Shown here piece by piece: positions 39,541 to 49,146 of a DNA stretch of 64,000 bases; position 1 is the stretch's first letter; the number at the start of each line of letters is the position of its first letter. Below the pieces are notes generated by a model, which was not told the DNA's origin, did no database searches, and saw only the letters and a program-made list of their open reading frames with translations. Both the position numbers and the translations under genes were made by a program. Source of the stretch: a phage; assembly GCA_029945195.1 (NCBI GenBank), contig GCA_029945195.1_4117.1; one strand, 5' to 3'.

Positions 39541-40083
39541 ATGAGTATACTTAATGAAATGTTAGATTATGAAGACAATGAGTTAAATGAAGCTCGTCCT
39601 TATAGTCGTTCACAAAGTGCAGTTGATAGTGCAAAAGGAAAAGTAAAAGGCTTTTTTGGTAGTGGACAGATTGAACAAGGTGCACAAGAAGTTGGTGCTG
39701 AAGCCAACCGCTTATGGGCAGAGTTTAAACGTTATGTTGGACGTAAATATGGTAAAGCTCAACCATCAGTACCTTACGCTGATGTGGCACAGTTTTTTAA
39801 AGGTAACAATCTTGATATTAAACATTTAGGGAACAATCCTCGTCGTTCTTTTACACCAAAAGATGTAGGTACTGCTCTATTAAATGCTGCTCGTGATATA
39901 ATGAATGACTACCGTGACCAACAAGGTGGCGAAGAAAGTTCAGAATCACAACCATCACAATCGACCTCAACTGAGCAACCAGCACAACAAGAACAACCAA
40001 AAGCACAAGGTTCCAGTATCCCTGATGCTCTACAAAAATTAAGTCCAGAGCAACGCGACCAACTGTTACGTATGCTTTCTTAA
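39541..40083 (+). CDS. Hypothetical protein with Q/S/E-rich low-complexity C-terminus
   Basis: AAGGA SD. Confidence 0.5.
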   Translation: MSILNEMLDYEDNELNEARPYSRSQSAVDSAKGKVKGFFGSGQIEQGAQEVGAEANRLWAEFKRYVGRKYGKAQPSVPYADVAQFFKGNNLDIKHLGNNPRRSFTPKDVGTALLNAARDIMNDYRDQQGGEESSESQPSQSTSTEQPAQQEQPKAQGSSIPDALQKLSPEQRDQLLRMLS

Positions 40084-40096
40084 GGAGAATCAACAC

Positions 40097-41614
40097 ATGG
40101 ATAATTTTTTCAGTACTGAAACTACCACAGTTCCTAATGGATATGTATATACGTCACATACTGGTGCAAAATATGTATTTCTTGAAGGATTCTGGTTCAA
40201 TGACAATAATATGTTAATGGTAGACCCTAGAAAATACCCATCCATGTACGCAAGTGCTCGACAACAGATTGTCGAGCACAATCTAGCTTCAAATGAATAT
40301 AAGATTGGTAACAAATATATTGTTGAAGGTAAAGAGTGTACATTTATTGGTGAAAACCGTTTCAATTCAAAAGATGGAATTCTATTAACTGAAAGTGAAT
40401 TCATCACTGAATTAATGGCAGATGATCATCGAGTATATAATGTTTCTAAAGAAACACTACAAAAAGAATGGAATGCATTAAAATTTTACATTCTTCCACC
40501 ATATGCTGATGATATATCAATTCCAGCAGGTATGGAAGTAAGTGGTTTTAAATTTGTTCCAAAGAATCACCGTTTTGTTGATATGAAATCAGGCCGAGCA
40601 GTTGATCCAGCAATGACCCGTAAACTATCAGATGAAGGTATGCGTATTGCTCGTCAGTTAGCTTCTAAAAATAAACTAATTCCAATCAAATCAACCTTAG
40701 TACAAGGCAATACACGTTGTGAGTGGAATGGTAAAGAATTTTGTGATAATGATGGTAATGTAGTAATTCCAGAACAAAATGCACATGCAATTATTAATGC
40801 ATATCAGCAATTTGTTAAGAATAACCCAAGTGATTTTCCAACATTAACGGGTGAACAAGAACATAGTGAGCAACGTTTTGGTTCAGGTGAAAAGCCACAA
40901 CAAGCTTCACAACCTGCTAAACAGCCAGTATTTGCAACTAAAGAATCAATTAATGAAGCAGATGAAGAAATTGAAGAATTTGAAAGCATTACTGTTCCTG
41001 ACGGTTATAGAATGACTTCTTCTAAAGGAAAAACATACGCTAAGAAAAATAACTTGTGGTATGATATCGAAAGTAAAAAGCAACTTAACACAAGTGCTTC
41101 TAAAAGTGTTGAACGAGCAGCACAGCGTGATATTTTCCGTCATAACAATTCCGGTGCTATGAAAATCGGTACAAAAGTTAAATCCAAACAAGGCAAAGAA
41201 TATTCGTATGTTGGTGGTGACAGATTCATTAGTGCTGATGGTAAGTTTATACCAAAAGCAACTGCTGCTAAATTACTTGCCAAATATGAACAAGATAAAG
41301 AAGTTAAAAGTGATGAAACACCTGAAGTAGACTCTGGTACTGAGCAAATTCAATCAAAAGAAGAACCTAAGAAAGAACCAGAATCTGAACAAAAACCAGA
41401 CGAAGTTTCTGAACCAGAAACTAAATCTGAAACAATTGCTGGTGATGATGTACAATCATTAGCTTCTAAAATTAAAGAGTCACCTTATGCTAAAAAAATC
41501 ACAGTACTACTAACTCGTGGTGATGAGGTTTCTCTACTTGCTGCTGACATTTTACTTTCAGGTAAAAAGGATGAAACAGTGCAAATTTTAAAATCATTAA
41601 ATAATAATGATTGA
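40097..41614 (+). CDS. Hypothetical protein with internal duplicated module and K/E-rich tail
   Basis: Repeated VP(N/D)GY...(T/S)S..G..Y module; AAGGAG SD. Confidence 0.55.
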   Translation: MDNFFSTETTTVPNGYVYTSHTGAKYVFLEGFWFNDNNMLMVDPRKYPSMYASARQQIVEHNLASNEYKIGNKYIVEGKECTFIGENRFNSKDGILLTESEFITELMADDHRVYNVSKETLQKEWNALKFYILPPYADDISIPAGMEVSGFKFVPKNHRFVDMKSGRAVDPAMTRKLSDEGMRIARQLASKNKLIPIKSTLVQGNTRCEWNGKEFCDNDGNVVIPEQNAHAIINAYQQFVKNNPSDFPTLTGEQEHSEQRFGSGEKPQQASQPAKQPVFATKESINEADEEIEEFESITVPDGYRMTSSKGKTYAKKNNLWYDIESKKQLNTSASKSVERAAQRDIFRHNNSGAMKIGTKVKSKQGKEYSYVGGDRFISADGKFIPKATAAKLLAKYEQDKEVKSDETPEVDSGTEQIQSKEEPKKEPESEQKPDEVSEPETKSETIAGDDVQSLASKIKESPYAKKITVLLTRGDEVSLLAADILLSGKKDETVQILKSLNNND

Positions 41615-41636
41615 TAACTAAAAGGATTTATTTAAA

Positions 41637-42617
41637 ATGGCTAAAAAAATTAATGAAGCACAAGTTAAAATCGATATCGCAGGTTTAGAATCTGATGATT
41701 TGGAAACTCTATCACGTATGTTAGCTCTTGCTGGTCAAGCTGAACGTCAAGACCCAGTAGTTGCTGCTCCAGTACCATCTATGGGGTCTATGACTCCATC
41801 TCTTCCACCTATTGCTCCACTAGATCTCGATTCTATTGGTGCTGAAGAAGAAATTGGTGGAATTGAAACTTCAGTTGAAGACCCACTAGCAGCGGCAGTT
41901 GATGATCTTTCCGCTGATGTTGGTGATTTTGGTGCTGACACAGATGAAGTTAGTATGGATGCTGAATTTTCAGAACCAGGTGTAGAAGGTGAAGAAGATT
42001 TTTCTCTTGACCTTAGTGGTCAACCTCAACTAGAATCAGTTGAAGAAGACGATGAGGAAGAAGAAGAAATTATTGAAGAAGAATTCGATTTTAGTCGTAT
42101 GCTATCTCTTGCTGGTATTAACGAAGAAGAAGACGAAGATTTTTCAGTAGAGGGTAATCCTGCTACCGATAAAGAAATGAAAGATACCCAATTTCTACCA
42201 GATCTAAGTATCTCTGAAGATGAAGAACCATCTAACAGTACTGATTATGGTCCATATGAAACAGAAGCTGATGCCGTTCGTGATGGTCAACTAAAGACTA
42301 ATGGTGTTGAAGGTGATCATTTTGTTGTAATTGCAAAAGGCAATCAATTTTATTGGAGACGTGTTGTAGATGAAGATCTTGACAATCGTCCAGAACCTGA
42401 GTATTATGATAATGAAGGGAACGAAAATCGTGTTCATAAATTTGAACCAAAATTCCCAGGCACTGCATTAGGAGATAACCCACTAAATGTTAATGAAAGT
42501 GAAGAAGATGATTCACCTGAAGGTAACATTGACTTGGAAGATGATTCTGATGAAGAAGTAGAAGATATTTTTGAAAGTCTCCAAGAAAAATACAAGAAAT
42601 TTTTAGGAGACAAATAA
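41637..42617 (+). CDS. Hyperacidic protein (D/E-rich; repeated SRML(A/S)LAG motif)
   Basis: Long D/E runs such as EEDDEEEEEIIEEEFDF; the SRML.LAG motif occurs twice. Confidence 0.55.
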   Translation: MAKKINEAQVKIDIAGLESDDLETLSRMLALAGQAERQDPVVAAPVPSMGSMTPSLPPIAPLDLDSIGAEEEIGGIETSVEDPLAAAVDDLSADVGDFGADTDEVSMDAEFSEPGVEGEEDFSLDLSGQPQLESVEEDDEEEEEIIEEEFDFSRMLSLAGINEEEDEDFSVEGNPATDKEMKDTQFLPDLSISEDEEPSNSTDYGPYETEADAVRDGQLKTNGVEGDHFVVIAKGNQFYWRRVVDEDLDNRPEPEYYDNEGNENRVHKFEPKFPGTALGDNPLNVNESEEDDSPEGNIDLEDDSDEEVEDIFESLQEKYKKFLGDK

Positions 42618-42618
42618 T

Positions 42619-43014
42619 ATGCAATATAATTATCGTGAACTAGTTGAAGCGTTAGACGAAATTACCGGAAGAGATGAAGACGAAAGTTTTTCAGTTGAAG
42701 TTGAATCCGATGTTGTAGCAGTTGATGTTCTTAAGGATATTACCAAATGTCTTATTGATATTGTTGATAAGATTAAATCTGGTGAAGACCAAAAAGAAAT
42801 TGTAGATAAACTACAAAAAGCCTGTGACATTTTGTCTGACATTCGATATAATGATGAAAGTACTGAAGTTGCTGATGAAGAAGTGTTGGAAGCCATTGCA
42901 GGTTGTTTTGGAACTGAAGGTATGGGACCATCAATTGACAAAGAAGGCGTACAACACTATAATGAGCCTGGTGCACCATCTTATGCTGCACGTCAAGGTT
43001 TTGTTGGAGACTAA
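42619..43014 (+). CDS. Acidic hypothetical protein
   Basis: AGGAG SD; D/E-rich. Confidence 0.5.
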   Translation: MQYNYRELVEALDEITGRDEDESFSVEVESDVVAVDVLKDITKCLIDIVDKIKSGEDQKEIVDKLQKACDILSDIRYNDESTEVADEEVLEAIAGCFGTEGMGPSIDKEGVQHYNEPGAPSYAARQGFVGD

Positions 43015-43017
43015 TAT

Positions 43018-43398
43018 ATGTTTCCAGAACCATCACATAACAGTACTGAATATCAAAATAATGTACTTTCCAAAGTTAGGGAAGTACATGAATCAGATTC
43101 AGAAATAACAGACCGTATGCTTCTGATGTCAATTTTTGAAAATTTCAGAACTGGCGGTGGTTTACGTCTTAGCAAGTTTGGGTATGGAATTTGTAAAGAA
43201 AATAATCTTTATGAATTTACCAAAATCCCCTTGCAAAGAGAATTTAAAAGTTCTATAATGTTTACATCACTTGACAGAATATGTACTTCACCTTATTATG
43301 TTGAAGGTCAGTACATATATCTGACAGATGCAATGATAATAACTGAATTAACATTGTGTTGTGATGATTTTAAACAGTTATTTTCTATTCATATGTAA
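43018..43398 (+). CDS. Hypothetical protein
   Basis: GGAGA SD, ATG. Confidence 0.5.
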   Translation: MFPEPSHNSTEYQNNVLSKVREVHESDSEITDRMLLMSIFENFRTGGGLRLSKFGYGICKENNLYEFTKIPLQREFKSSIMFTSLDRICTSPYYVEGQYIYLTDAMIITELTLCCDDFKQLFSIHM

Positions 43399-43421
43399 GA
43401 AAAATGAATTAAAAAAAAATG

Positions 43422-43449
43422 TTGACAAGATAGAATGATGTGATACAAT
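43422..43449 (+). promoter_or_regulatory. Sigma70-like promoter P1 (TTGACA, 16 nt, TG-n-TACAAT)
   Basis: Consensus -35, extended -10. Confidence 0.5.
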
Positions 43450-43514
43450 AAGCATCAGACATAAAGTTTTCAAGCGACACAAGATGTGAGTTTGAAAAAA
43501 AAAGAAAAAAAGTG

Positions 43515-43542
43515 ATTGACAAGTTGAAACGATGTGATATAA
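43515..43542 (+). promoter_or_regulatory. Sigma70-like promoter P2 (TTGACA, 16 nt, TG-n-TATAAT)
   Basis: Near-duplicate of P1 (TTGACAAG.T.GAA..GATGTGATA.AAT). Confidence 0.55.
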
Positions 43543-43642
43543 TGTTCACATCAAGACAGCAAAGAGATTTACCTTTTAAACACACGGATGATTCATGAAG
43601 TAACAAAGGAACTGATAAGTTAAATTATTTTAACACAGTTCC

Positions 43643-43671
43643 TTTACTTTTGCCCACGGATTGGCTATAAT
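43643..43671 (+). promoter_or_regulatory. Promoter P3 (TTTACT -35-like, 17 nt, TATAAT)
   Basis: T4-early-like -35 variant with a consensus -10, about 40 nt before the ATPase start. Confidence 0.4.
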
Positions 43672-43712
43672 AGAAACTTAAACGATTTTATCCAACAAAA
43701 GGAAATATATAC

Positions 43713-45038
43713 ATGACTACTCAAAACGATATCCTGAACGTTAAACTGACTCCAAAGAAAGCTAAAGAAGCAATGGCACTAGCTGACATGATTCAAGATA
43801 GCCTGATGATTTGGGGTAGCCCAGGTATCGGTAAGTCTGCAATCGCTCGTCAATACGCTGATGAAAATTACCCACTGCGTAAAGATAACGTAGCTAAAAT
43901 CGAGTTCATGAAACAACAAATCGAAGCTGACCCTGAAAATGCTGATCAGCTACGCCGTGAACTGGCTGCATTTGAAGCAAAACTAATCGACCAAGATACT
44001 AACTTTATCGATTTCCGTTTGTCTCAAATCGAACCAAGTGACCTTCGCGGTATTCCAGTACCAGAGAAGCTTTTCCGTAAAACTGACGGTTCTCTTCTGA
44101 AAGAATCTGAGCTTGCCGAAGCAAAAGATTATGTAGCTGAAACTGCGGTAGTATGGGCTGCACCTAAAGTTCTGAAATTGTCCGAAGATTGGAAAGGTGT
44201 TATTCTGTTTGACGAAATTAACTCTGCAATGCCTATTGTTCAGGCAGCGTCTTATCAGCTAATCCTCGACCGTTGTGTTGGTGAGATGAAGCTACCTAAG
44301 ACTGCACTGATTCTTGCAGCAGGTAACCGTGAAACTGATGGTGGTGTAACTTTCTCTCTTGCTACACCACTGCGTGACCGTATGACTCACATTGAGATGA
44401 TTCCTTATCATCAAGATTGGATTAACGATTATGCGATTGCAAAACGTTTGAACCCAGCAACTGTTGCGTTCATCAACAACACTGGTTCTAAGTACTTTAA
44501 CACACTTAGTCCACAAGATCCTTCTCACAGTGGTGGTACTTCTCCACGTTCATGGGAAGCAGTAGCACGCTACGAAGATCTCAAGAAAACTAAGACAATT
44601 GATAAAGAAGTGTTCCGTGCAATGATTGCTGGTCGTGTTGGTGAAGGTGTTGCAACTGAATACATTGAGTACGTTGAGAACGTTGCTAAACTACCAGATA
44701 CTATGTCTATTCTGTCTGGTGAAATCAAAGAAATCGACGCAACGCTGGATATTTCTGCGAACTACTTTATCACTCTGAACTTGGTTTATAAAATTATCGA
44801 CCTGTTCAATGAGAAGCAAGAACAACGTCTACCAGTGGAAGAATGGGGTAAACTGTGTAACAACTTCATCACCTTCCTAGACCATAACTTCTCTGCAACT
44901 CAAGCAGAACTGGCAGTACTGGCAATTCGTACCATCACGCTTCATAAGGTTGCGATTTCCATTAAAGATGTACCAGCGTTTAAAGATTTCATCGCTAAGT
45001 ACTCTGATCTTGTACGTAAAGCACGCTCTCTTGGCTAA
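43713..45038 (+). CDS. MoxR/CobS-like AAA+ ATPase
   Basis: Walker A GSPGIGKS and Walker B ILFDEINSA; codon usage visibly shifted to CTG/CGT/GGT/ATC relative to neighbours. Confidence 0.7.
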   Translation: MTTQNDILNVKLTPKKAKEAMALADMIQDSLMIWGSPGIGKSAIARQYADENYPLRKDNVAKIEFMKQQIEADPENADQLRRELAAFEAKLIDQDTNFIDFRLSQIEPSDLRGIPVPEKLFRKTDGSLLKESELAEAKDYVAETAVVWAAPKVLKLSEDWKGVILFDEINSAMPIVQAASYQLILDRCVGEMKLPKTALILAAGNRETDGGVTFSLATPLRDRMTHIEMIPYHQDWINDYAIAKRLNPATVAFINNTGSKYFNTLSPQDPSHSGGTSPRSWEAVARYEDLKKTKTIDKEVFRAMIAGRVGEGVATEYIEYVENVAKLPDTMSILSGEIKEIDATLDISANYFITLNLVYKIIDLFNEKQEQRLPVEEWGKLCNNFITFLDHNFSATQAELAVLAIRTITLHKVAISIKDVPAFKDFIAKYSDLVRKARSLG

Positions 45039-45112
45039 TTAACAAAGAGTTGTTGACAAGAAGGATGCCTAATGGTATCCTTCTTTTATCTTAACTAAAC
45101 GAGGAAATATAC

Positions 45113-46537
45113 ATGTCAGATAACAAATCTACTTCAAGATTCAATGAAGTATCTCCGGCACTCCAGAAAGAATGTCAAGAACGTCTGGTTCTGGCTCGTA
45201 CATCTTTGATGTTAACTGCACCATTCTTTGGTGTACTCGCTTCACGTTTACGTCCAGTTCCTAATAATACATGGTGTCGTACTCTAGCAGTGGATGGTAA
45301 ACATCTATTCTACAACGTAGAATTTGTAATGGGCATTCAAGACCCATCTAAAAAGAAAGAATATGAAGAAGCTATTCGTGAAAAGCACCCTGAAGTTACA
45401 GACGAACAATTAAAAGAAATGACTGAAGGTTTGACTGATGAAAACCTTGTTGCTGTAATTTGTCATGAAATTCTACACTGTGCTTACGATCACTTCCTTC
45501 GTCGTGGTATGCGTGATCCACAACGTTATAACCGTGCAGCGGATTATGCCATTAACCAAATCATCGTTCGTGAGAAAATTGGGAAAATCCAAAGTTCATG
45601 GTTGTATGATAAAAAATATGAAGGCATGACCGCAGAAGAGATTTACATTCTTCTTGAAGAAGAAGAACAAAAAGAAGATGGTGAAGGTGAAGGTCAACCA
45701 CAAAGTGGCGGCGGTGAAGGTGAAGGTAAAAATCGCGGTACTTTTGGCGATATTAAAGATGGTAAGGGTAAACCAAAAGGTACTACCATTGACCAGCATG
45801 ACGTTCCACAAGAAGGTCAAGAGGGTGGTTCAAGTGAACAGCAAAAACGTGATTACATGGATGATTTCAAAACAGCAATGATGAATGCTGCTCGTGCAGG
45901 TGGTACACCAGCAGAAATCGCTCGTATGATTAACAACTTTAAAGAACCAAAGATTGACTGGCGTTCAAAACTTCAACGTACACTTCGTAGTTGGTTGAAG
46001 TCTGATGCAACATATCAAAATCCGAATCGTCGTTCTTGGGGTGCAGGTTTTGGTTCTAATGGCTCATTCTATGGTAATCCAATTTACCCAGGGATGAAAC
46101 CAGATGATGATATTGATATTGCGATTGCACTAGATGCTTCTGGGTCTATTTCTGAAGATATGCTTCGTGATTTCATTAGTGAAGTTCTTGGCATCACTAA
46201 ACAATTCAAACAGTTTAAGATTCGTATCATGACTTTTGATACTGAAGTTTATACTGTAAAGGATTACAAAACTGGCGAAGAACGTAAGATTCTGGAATAT
46301 CCAGTAAAAGGTGGTGGTGGTACTGACTTTGAAGCAGTATGGGTTCATATGAAGAACGACAACTATAAGCCTAAACAGCTTGTAATGTTTACTGATGGTG
46401 AACCGTGGCAGTCATGGGGTGATCCAAACTACTGTAAAACACTGTTCGTGATTCACAGTAACCCAAATAAAGTTGCACCATTTGGTGAGACTGTACACTA
46501 CGAATATGAAGCTGATAAAAAGCGTCAACGTAGTTAA
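45113..46537 (+). CDS. VWA-domain protein with N-terminal HExxH metallopeptidase-like motif (CobT-like partner of the ATPase)
   Basis: HEILHCAYDH motif; MIDAS-like DIAIALDASGSIS; Gly-rich acidic linker; follows the ATPase. Confidence 0.6.
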   Translation: MSDNKSTSRFNEVSPALQKECQERLVLARTSLMLTAPFFGVLASRLRPVPNNTWCRTLAVDGKHLFYNVEFVMGIQDPSKKKEYEEAIREKHPEVTDEQLKEMTEGLTDENLVAVICHEILHCAYDHFLRRGMRDPQRYNRAADYAINQIIVREKIGKIQSSWLYDKKYEGMTAEEIYILLEEEEQKEDGEGEGQPQSGGGEGEGKNRGTFGDIKDGKGKPKGTTIDQHDVPQEGQEGGSSEQQKRDYMDDFKTAMMNAARAGGTPAEIARMINNFKEPKIDWRSKLQRTLRSWLKSDATYQNPNRRSWGAGFGSNGSFYGNPIYPGMKPDDDIDIAIALDASGSISEDMLRDFISEVLGITKQFKQFKIRIMTFDTEVYTVKDYKTGEERKILEYPVKGGGGTDFEAVWVHMKNDNYKPKQLVMFTDGEPWQSWGDPNYCKTLFVIHSNPNKVAPFGETVHYEYEADKKRQRS

Positions 46538-46549
46538 GTACTAAATAAT

Positions 46550-46579
46550 GAGAACGGAAAATTCCGTTCTCTTCTTTTA
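46550..46579 (+). terminator. Rho-independent terminator
   Basis: Stem GAGAACGG/CCGTTCTC then TTCTTTT. Confidence 0.6.
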
Positions 46580-46602
46580 TAAGTGGGACAACTTATAAAA
46601 AT

Positions 46603-46611
46603 ATGATATAA
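46603..46611 (+). promoter_or_regulatory. Extended -10 promoter element TGATATAAT
   Basis: Recurrent 9-mer after the terminator. Confidence 0.35.
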
Positions 46612-46646
46612 TAGTTAATGTACCAATATACATGGAGAGTATTAAA

Positions 46647-46925
46647 ATGGAACAAGAAAATAATCAAATTCAACTAACCCTTCTAGACCTAATCAATGCT
46701 GCAAAAATCATGGAAGCTGCTGTTGCACGAAACACCTTTAAAGTTGAAGAACTTGTTGAGGTTGCTCCAGTTGTATCTAAATTTGTTTCTTTTGCAAATG
46801 TAGCTCTTGAAGATATTAAAGCACAAGAAGATGCAGCTAAAGAAGAAGCTGAATCACAAGAAGATGCAGCTAAAGAAGAAGCTGAATCACAAGATAGTGA
46901 AACTCAAGAAGATAAAGGAGAATAA
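46647..46925 (+). CDS. Small acidic protein with a tandemly duplicated 11-aa unit
   Basis: ATG 46647 with GGAGAG SD; a perfect 33-bp tandem duplication encodes QEDAAKEEAES twice. Confidence 0.5.
   Translation: MEQENNQIQLTLLDLINAAKIMEAAVARNTFKVEELVEVAPVVSKFVSFANVALEDIKAQEDAAKEEAESQEDAAKEEAESQDSETQEDKGE
46824..46889 (+). repeat. Perfect 33-bp tandem duplication (2 copies, in-frame)
   Basis: CAAGAAGATGCAGCTAAAGAAGAAGCTGAATCA repeated head-to-tail. Confidence 0.8.
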
Positions 46926-46927
46926 TT

Positions 46928-47584
46928 ATGGCAGCTATTCGTCATGTTGGTGTAATGCGTAATACAGGTTCTCGTGTTTTTGTTGTTTGGCGTTCACTAC
47001 CAGATGATCCTGAACACTGCCTTATCGTTTATCGTGATTCACTACCAGAAGCATATGTACACGCAGTAACTGATATTGTTATGGGTCATGGTCAATCTAA
47101 TATTGATTTGTGGGAAGTAATGCATAAAATTGGTTATCTCGATGGACGCAAAATGCTAGATGTTCTACACAACATGCAGCATCTACGTCGCGTTCGTACT
47201 TGTGATATTGATATGCACACTGGTGGTAATAATAAAATTTCTCTTGATGTTCTAAACAAAGCATTAGATGAAAATCAAGCGAAAGTACAAGAAGATGGTA
47301 AAGTAAAAGACTTTAACCCATTCAATCCACAAGAAGCAGACACTAAAGTAGAAGAAGCTACTATTGTAGAACAACTTCTCACTGATGCACAAAAATATGA
47401 AAAACTGGCTAAAGAACATTATGAACGTGCATACAATTTAGAGCCAAGCTTGCGTCCGCAAACACAAGTTGTTGAACAACCGAAAGATAGTAAAACAATT
47501 TATCTAGAAATTCCAGAAGGTATTTCACAGACTAAAGCTATTGAGAAAGTAAAACAACTATTTGCAGAACGTAAAGCAAAATAA
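46928..47584 (+). CDS. Hypothetical protein
   Basis: AAAGGAG SD; CGT-rich codon usage like the ATPase block. Confidence 0.55.
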   Translation: MAAIRHVGVMRNTGSRVFVVWRSLPDDPEHCLIVYRDSLPEAYVHAVTDIVMGHGQSNIDLWEVMHKIGYLDGRKMLDVLHNMQHLRRVRTCDIDMHTGGNNKISLDVLNKALDENQAKVQEDGKVKDFNPFNPQEADTKVEEATIVEQLLTDAQKYEKLAKEHYERAYNLEPSLRPQTQVVEQPKDSKTIYLEIPEGISQTKAIEKVKQLFAERKAK

Positions 47585-47587
47585 AAT

Positions 47588-48181
47588 ATGAAAAAGAATG
47601 AATTAGATGAAGCAATTAAAGGTTTATCTAATGTATGTTTTAGTGGCGGGGCAGCAGGTGCTGACCGCCTTTTTTCTATCTATGCAAAAAATAATGGATT
47701 TGAAGTTATTAATTTTTCATTCAAAGGTCATGAGCATAGTGTAGATGAAAGTACTATATTAGAAATACCATCCAATATTCTATCTGATATTTCTATATTA
47801 AATCAACTAAACATTGCATGTTACTCGTTGCAGCGAAAAGTACCAAAACCTGGTTCTTATGTTTACAACTTACTTGCAAGGAATAGTTATCAGATACTTA
47901 ATACAGAAAGAATATATTGTATTGCAAATATCACATCACCAACTAAGGTAAGTGGTGGTACTGCATGGGCAGTACAGATGTATATGGATTCAGTTGAAAA
48001 TCCTGAAATTTATTGTTATGATATGAATTCACGTTCAGTATTTTATTTCGATACAGTACTGAAAGAGTTCACACAAACATTCGTCGTTCCAGCACCACAT
48101 GGTAACTGGACTGGTATTGGTTCACGCAATGCCACCGAAAAACATATGGAACATTTTATTACATTTTTCAAGGAAGAATAA
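47588..48181 (+). CDS. Rossmann-like protein with DprA/SLOG-like Gly-rich motif (putative nucleotide-binding)
   Basis: CFSGGAAGADRLFSIYA resembles the SG.A.G.D motif of DprA/LOG-type folds. Confidence 0.3.
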   Translation: MKKNELDEAIKGLSNVCFSGGAAGADRLFSIYAKNNGFEVINFSFKGHEHSVDESTILEIPSNILSDISILNQLNIACYSLQRKVPKPGSYVYNLLARNSYQILNTERIYCIANITSPTKVSGGTAWAVQMYMDSVENPEIYCYDMNSRSVFYFDTVLKEFTQTFVVPAPHGNWTGIGSRNATEKHMEHFITFFKEE

Positions 48182-49110
48182 TGAAACAACTACAAGAACT
48201 ATATCAAAAAATTCTAGATGAAGGCGTAGAAAGCGTTGACCGTACTGGTGTTGGAACAATCAAACTTATCGGTCAACAAATGCGTTTTGACCTTAAAGAT
48301 GGTTTCCCAGCAGTGACGACAAAACGTCTAGCTTGGAAAGCAATGACTTCAGAATTACTATGGTTTATTGAAGGTTCCCATGATGAGCGTCGCCTTTGTG
48401 AAATTTTGCATGGAACTCGTGATACAGAAAAGAAAACTATTTGGACAGATAATTACCTAAATCAAGGCGTTGCTCTTGGTTATACTGATGGTGAGTTAGG
48501 TCCAGTGTATGGTAAGCAATGGCGTGAATGGGAAGATTATAAATTTAGTTCCAGTACTGAAGAAATTCAAGAATTAAAAGATAAAGGATACAAAGTTATC
48601 GATTATACTGGTTCACATGGTGTTGTTATGAAACGTACAACTGACCAATTACAAGAACTAATCAAAGGTATAAAGTCCGATCCATATGGCCGTCGCCACA
48701 TTCTAAGTGCATGGAACGTTGGTGAGCTTGATGATATGACGTTACCACCTTGTCATAGCTTTGTGCAATTTTGTGTAGTGCAAGGAAAACTAAGCTGTAT
48801 TCTGCATCAACGCTCCGCTGATCTATTTTTAGGAGTTCCATTTAATATCAGTAGTTACTCACTACTAACTCATATGATTGCACAAATTACTGGTTTAGAT
48901 GTTGGTGAATTTATTTGGAATGGTGGTGATTGTCACATTTATAAAAACCACGTTGAACAAGTAAAAGAACAACTACAGCGAAAACCTCGTGAATTACCTG
49001 AATTGTGGCTTGATCCTACAATTACTAATATTGAAGATTTCACTATGGATTCTTTTAAATTAGTGAATTACAACCCAATGCCAACAATTAAAGCACCTAT
49101 GGCTGTATAA
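48181..49110 (+). CDS. thyA: Thymidylate synthase
   Basis: TS motifs: RTGVGT, GPVYGKQWR, RRHILSAWNVGELD, LPPCH catalytic Cys, HQRSADLFLGVPFNI. Confidence 0.9.
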   Translation: MKQLQELYQKILDEGVESVDRTGVGTIKLIGQQMRFDLKDGFPAVTTKRLAWKAMTSELLWFIEGSHDERRLCEILHGTRDTEKKTIWTDNYLNQGVALGYTDGELGPVYGKQWREWEDYKFSSSTEEIQELKDKGYKVIDYTGSHGVVMKRTTDQLQELIKGIKSDPYGRRHILSAWNVGELDDMTLPPCHSFVQFCVVQGKLSCILHQRSADLFLGVPFNISSYSLLTHMIAQITGLDVGEFIWNGGDCHIYKNHVEQVKEQLQRKPRELPELWLDPTITNIEDFTMDSFKLVNYNPMPTIKAPMAV

Positions 49111-49111
49111 A

Positions 49112-49146
49112 CGAAAAGGGAGAACATCAGTTCTCCCTTTTTTATT
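49112..49146. terminator. Bidirectional rho-independent terminator between convergent genes
   Basis: 10-bp stem AAGGGAGAAC/GTTCTCCCTT flanked by an A-run upstream and a T-run downstream. Confidence 0.65.

Noticed and set aside
48181-49110. Self-splicing intron in thymidylate synthase (as in T4 td)
   Set aside because: The ThyA reading frame is continuous with all catalytic motifs in order; the extra internal segment is in-frame protein sequence.
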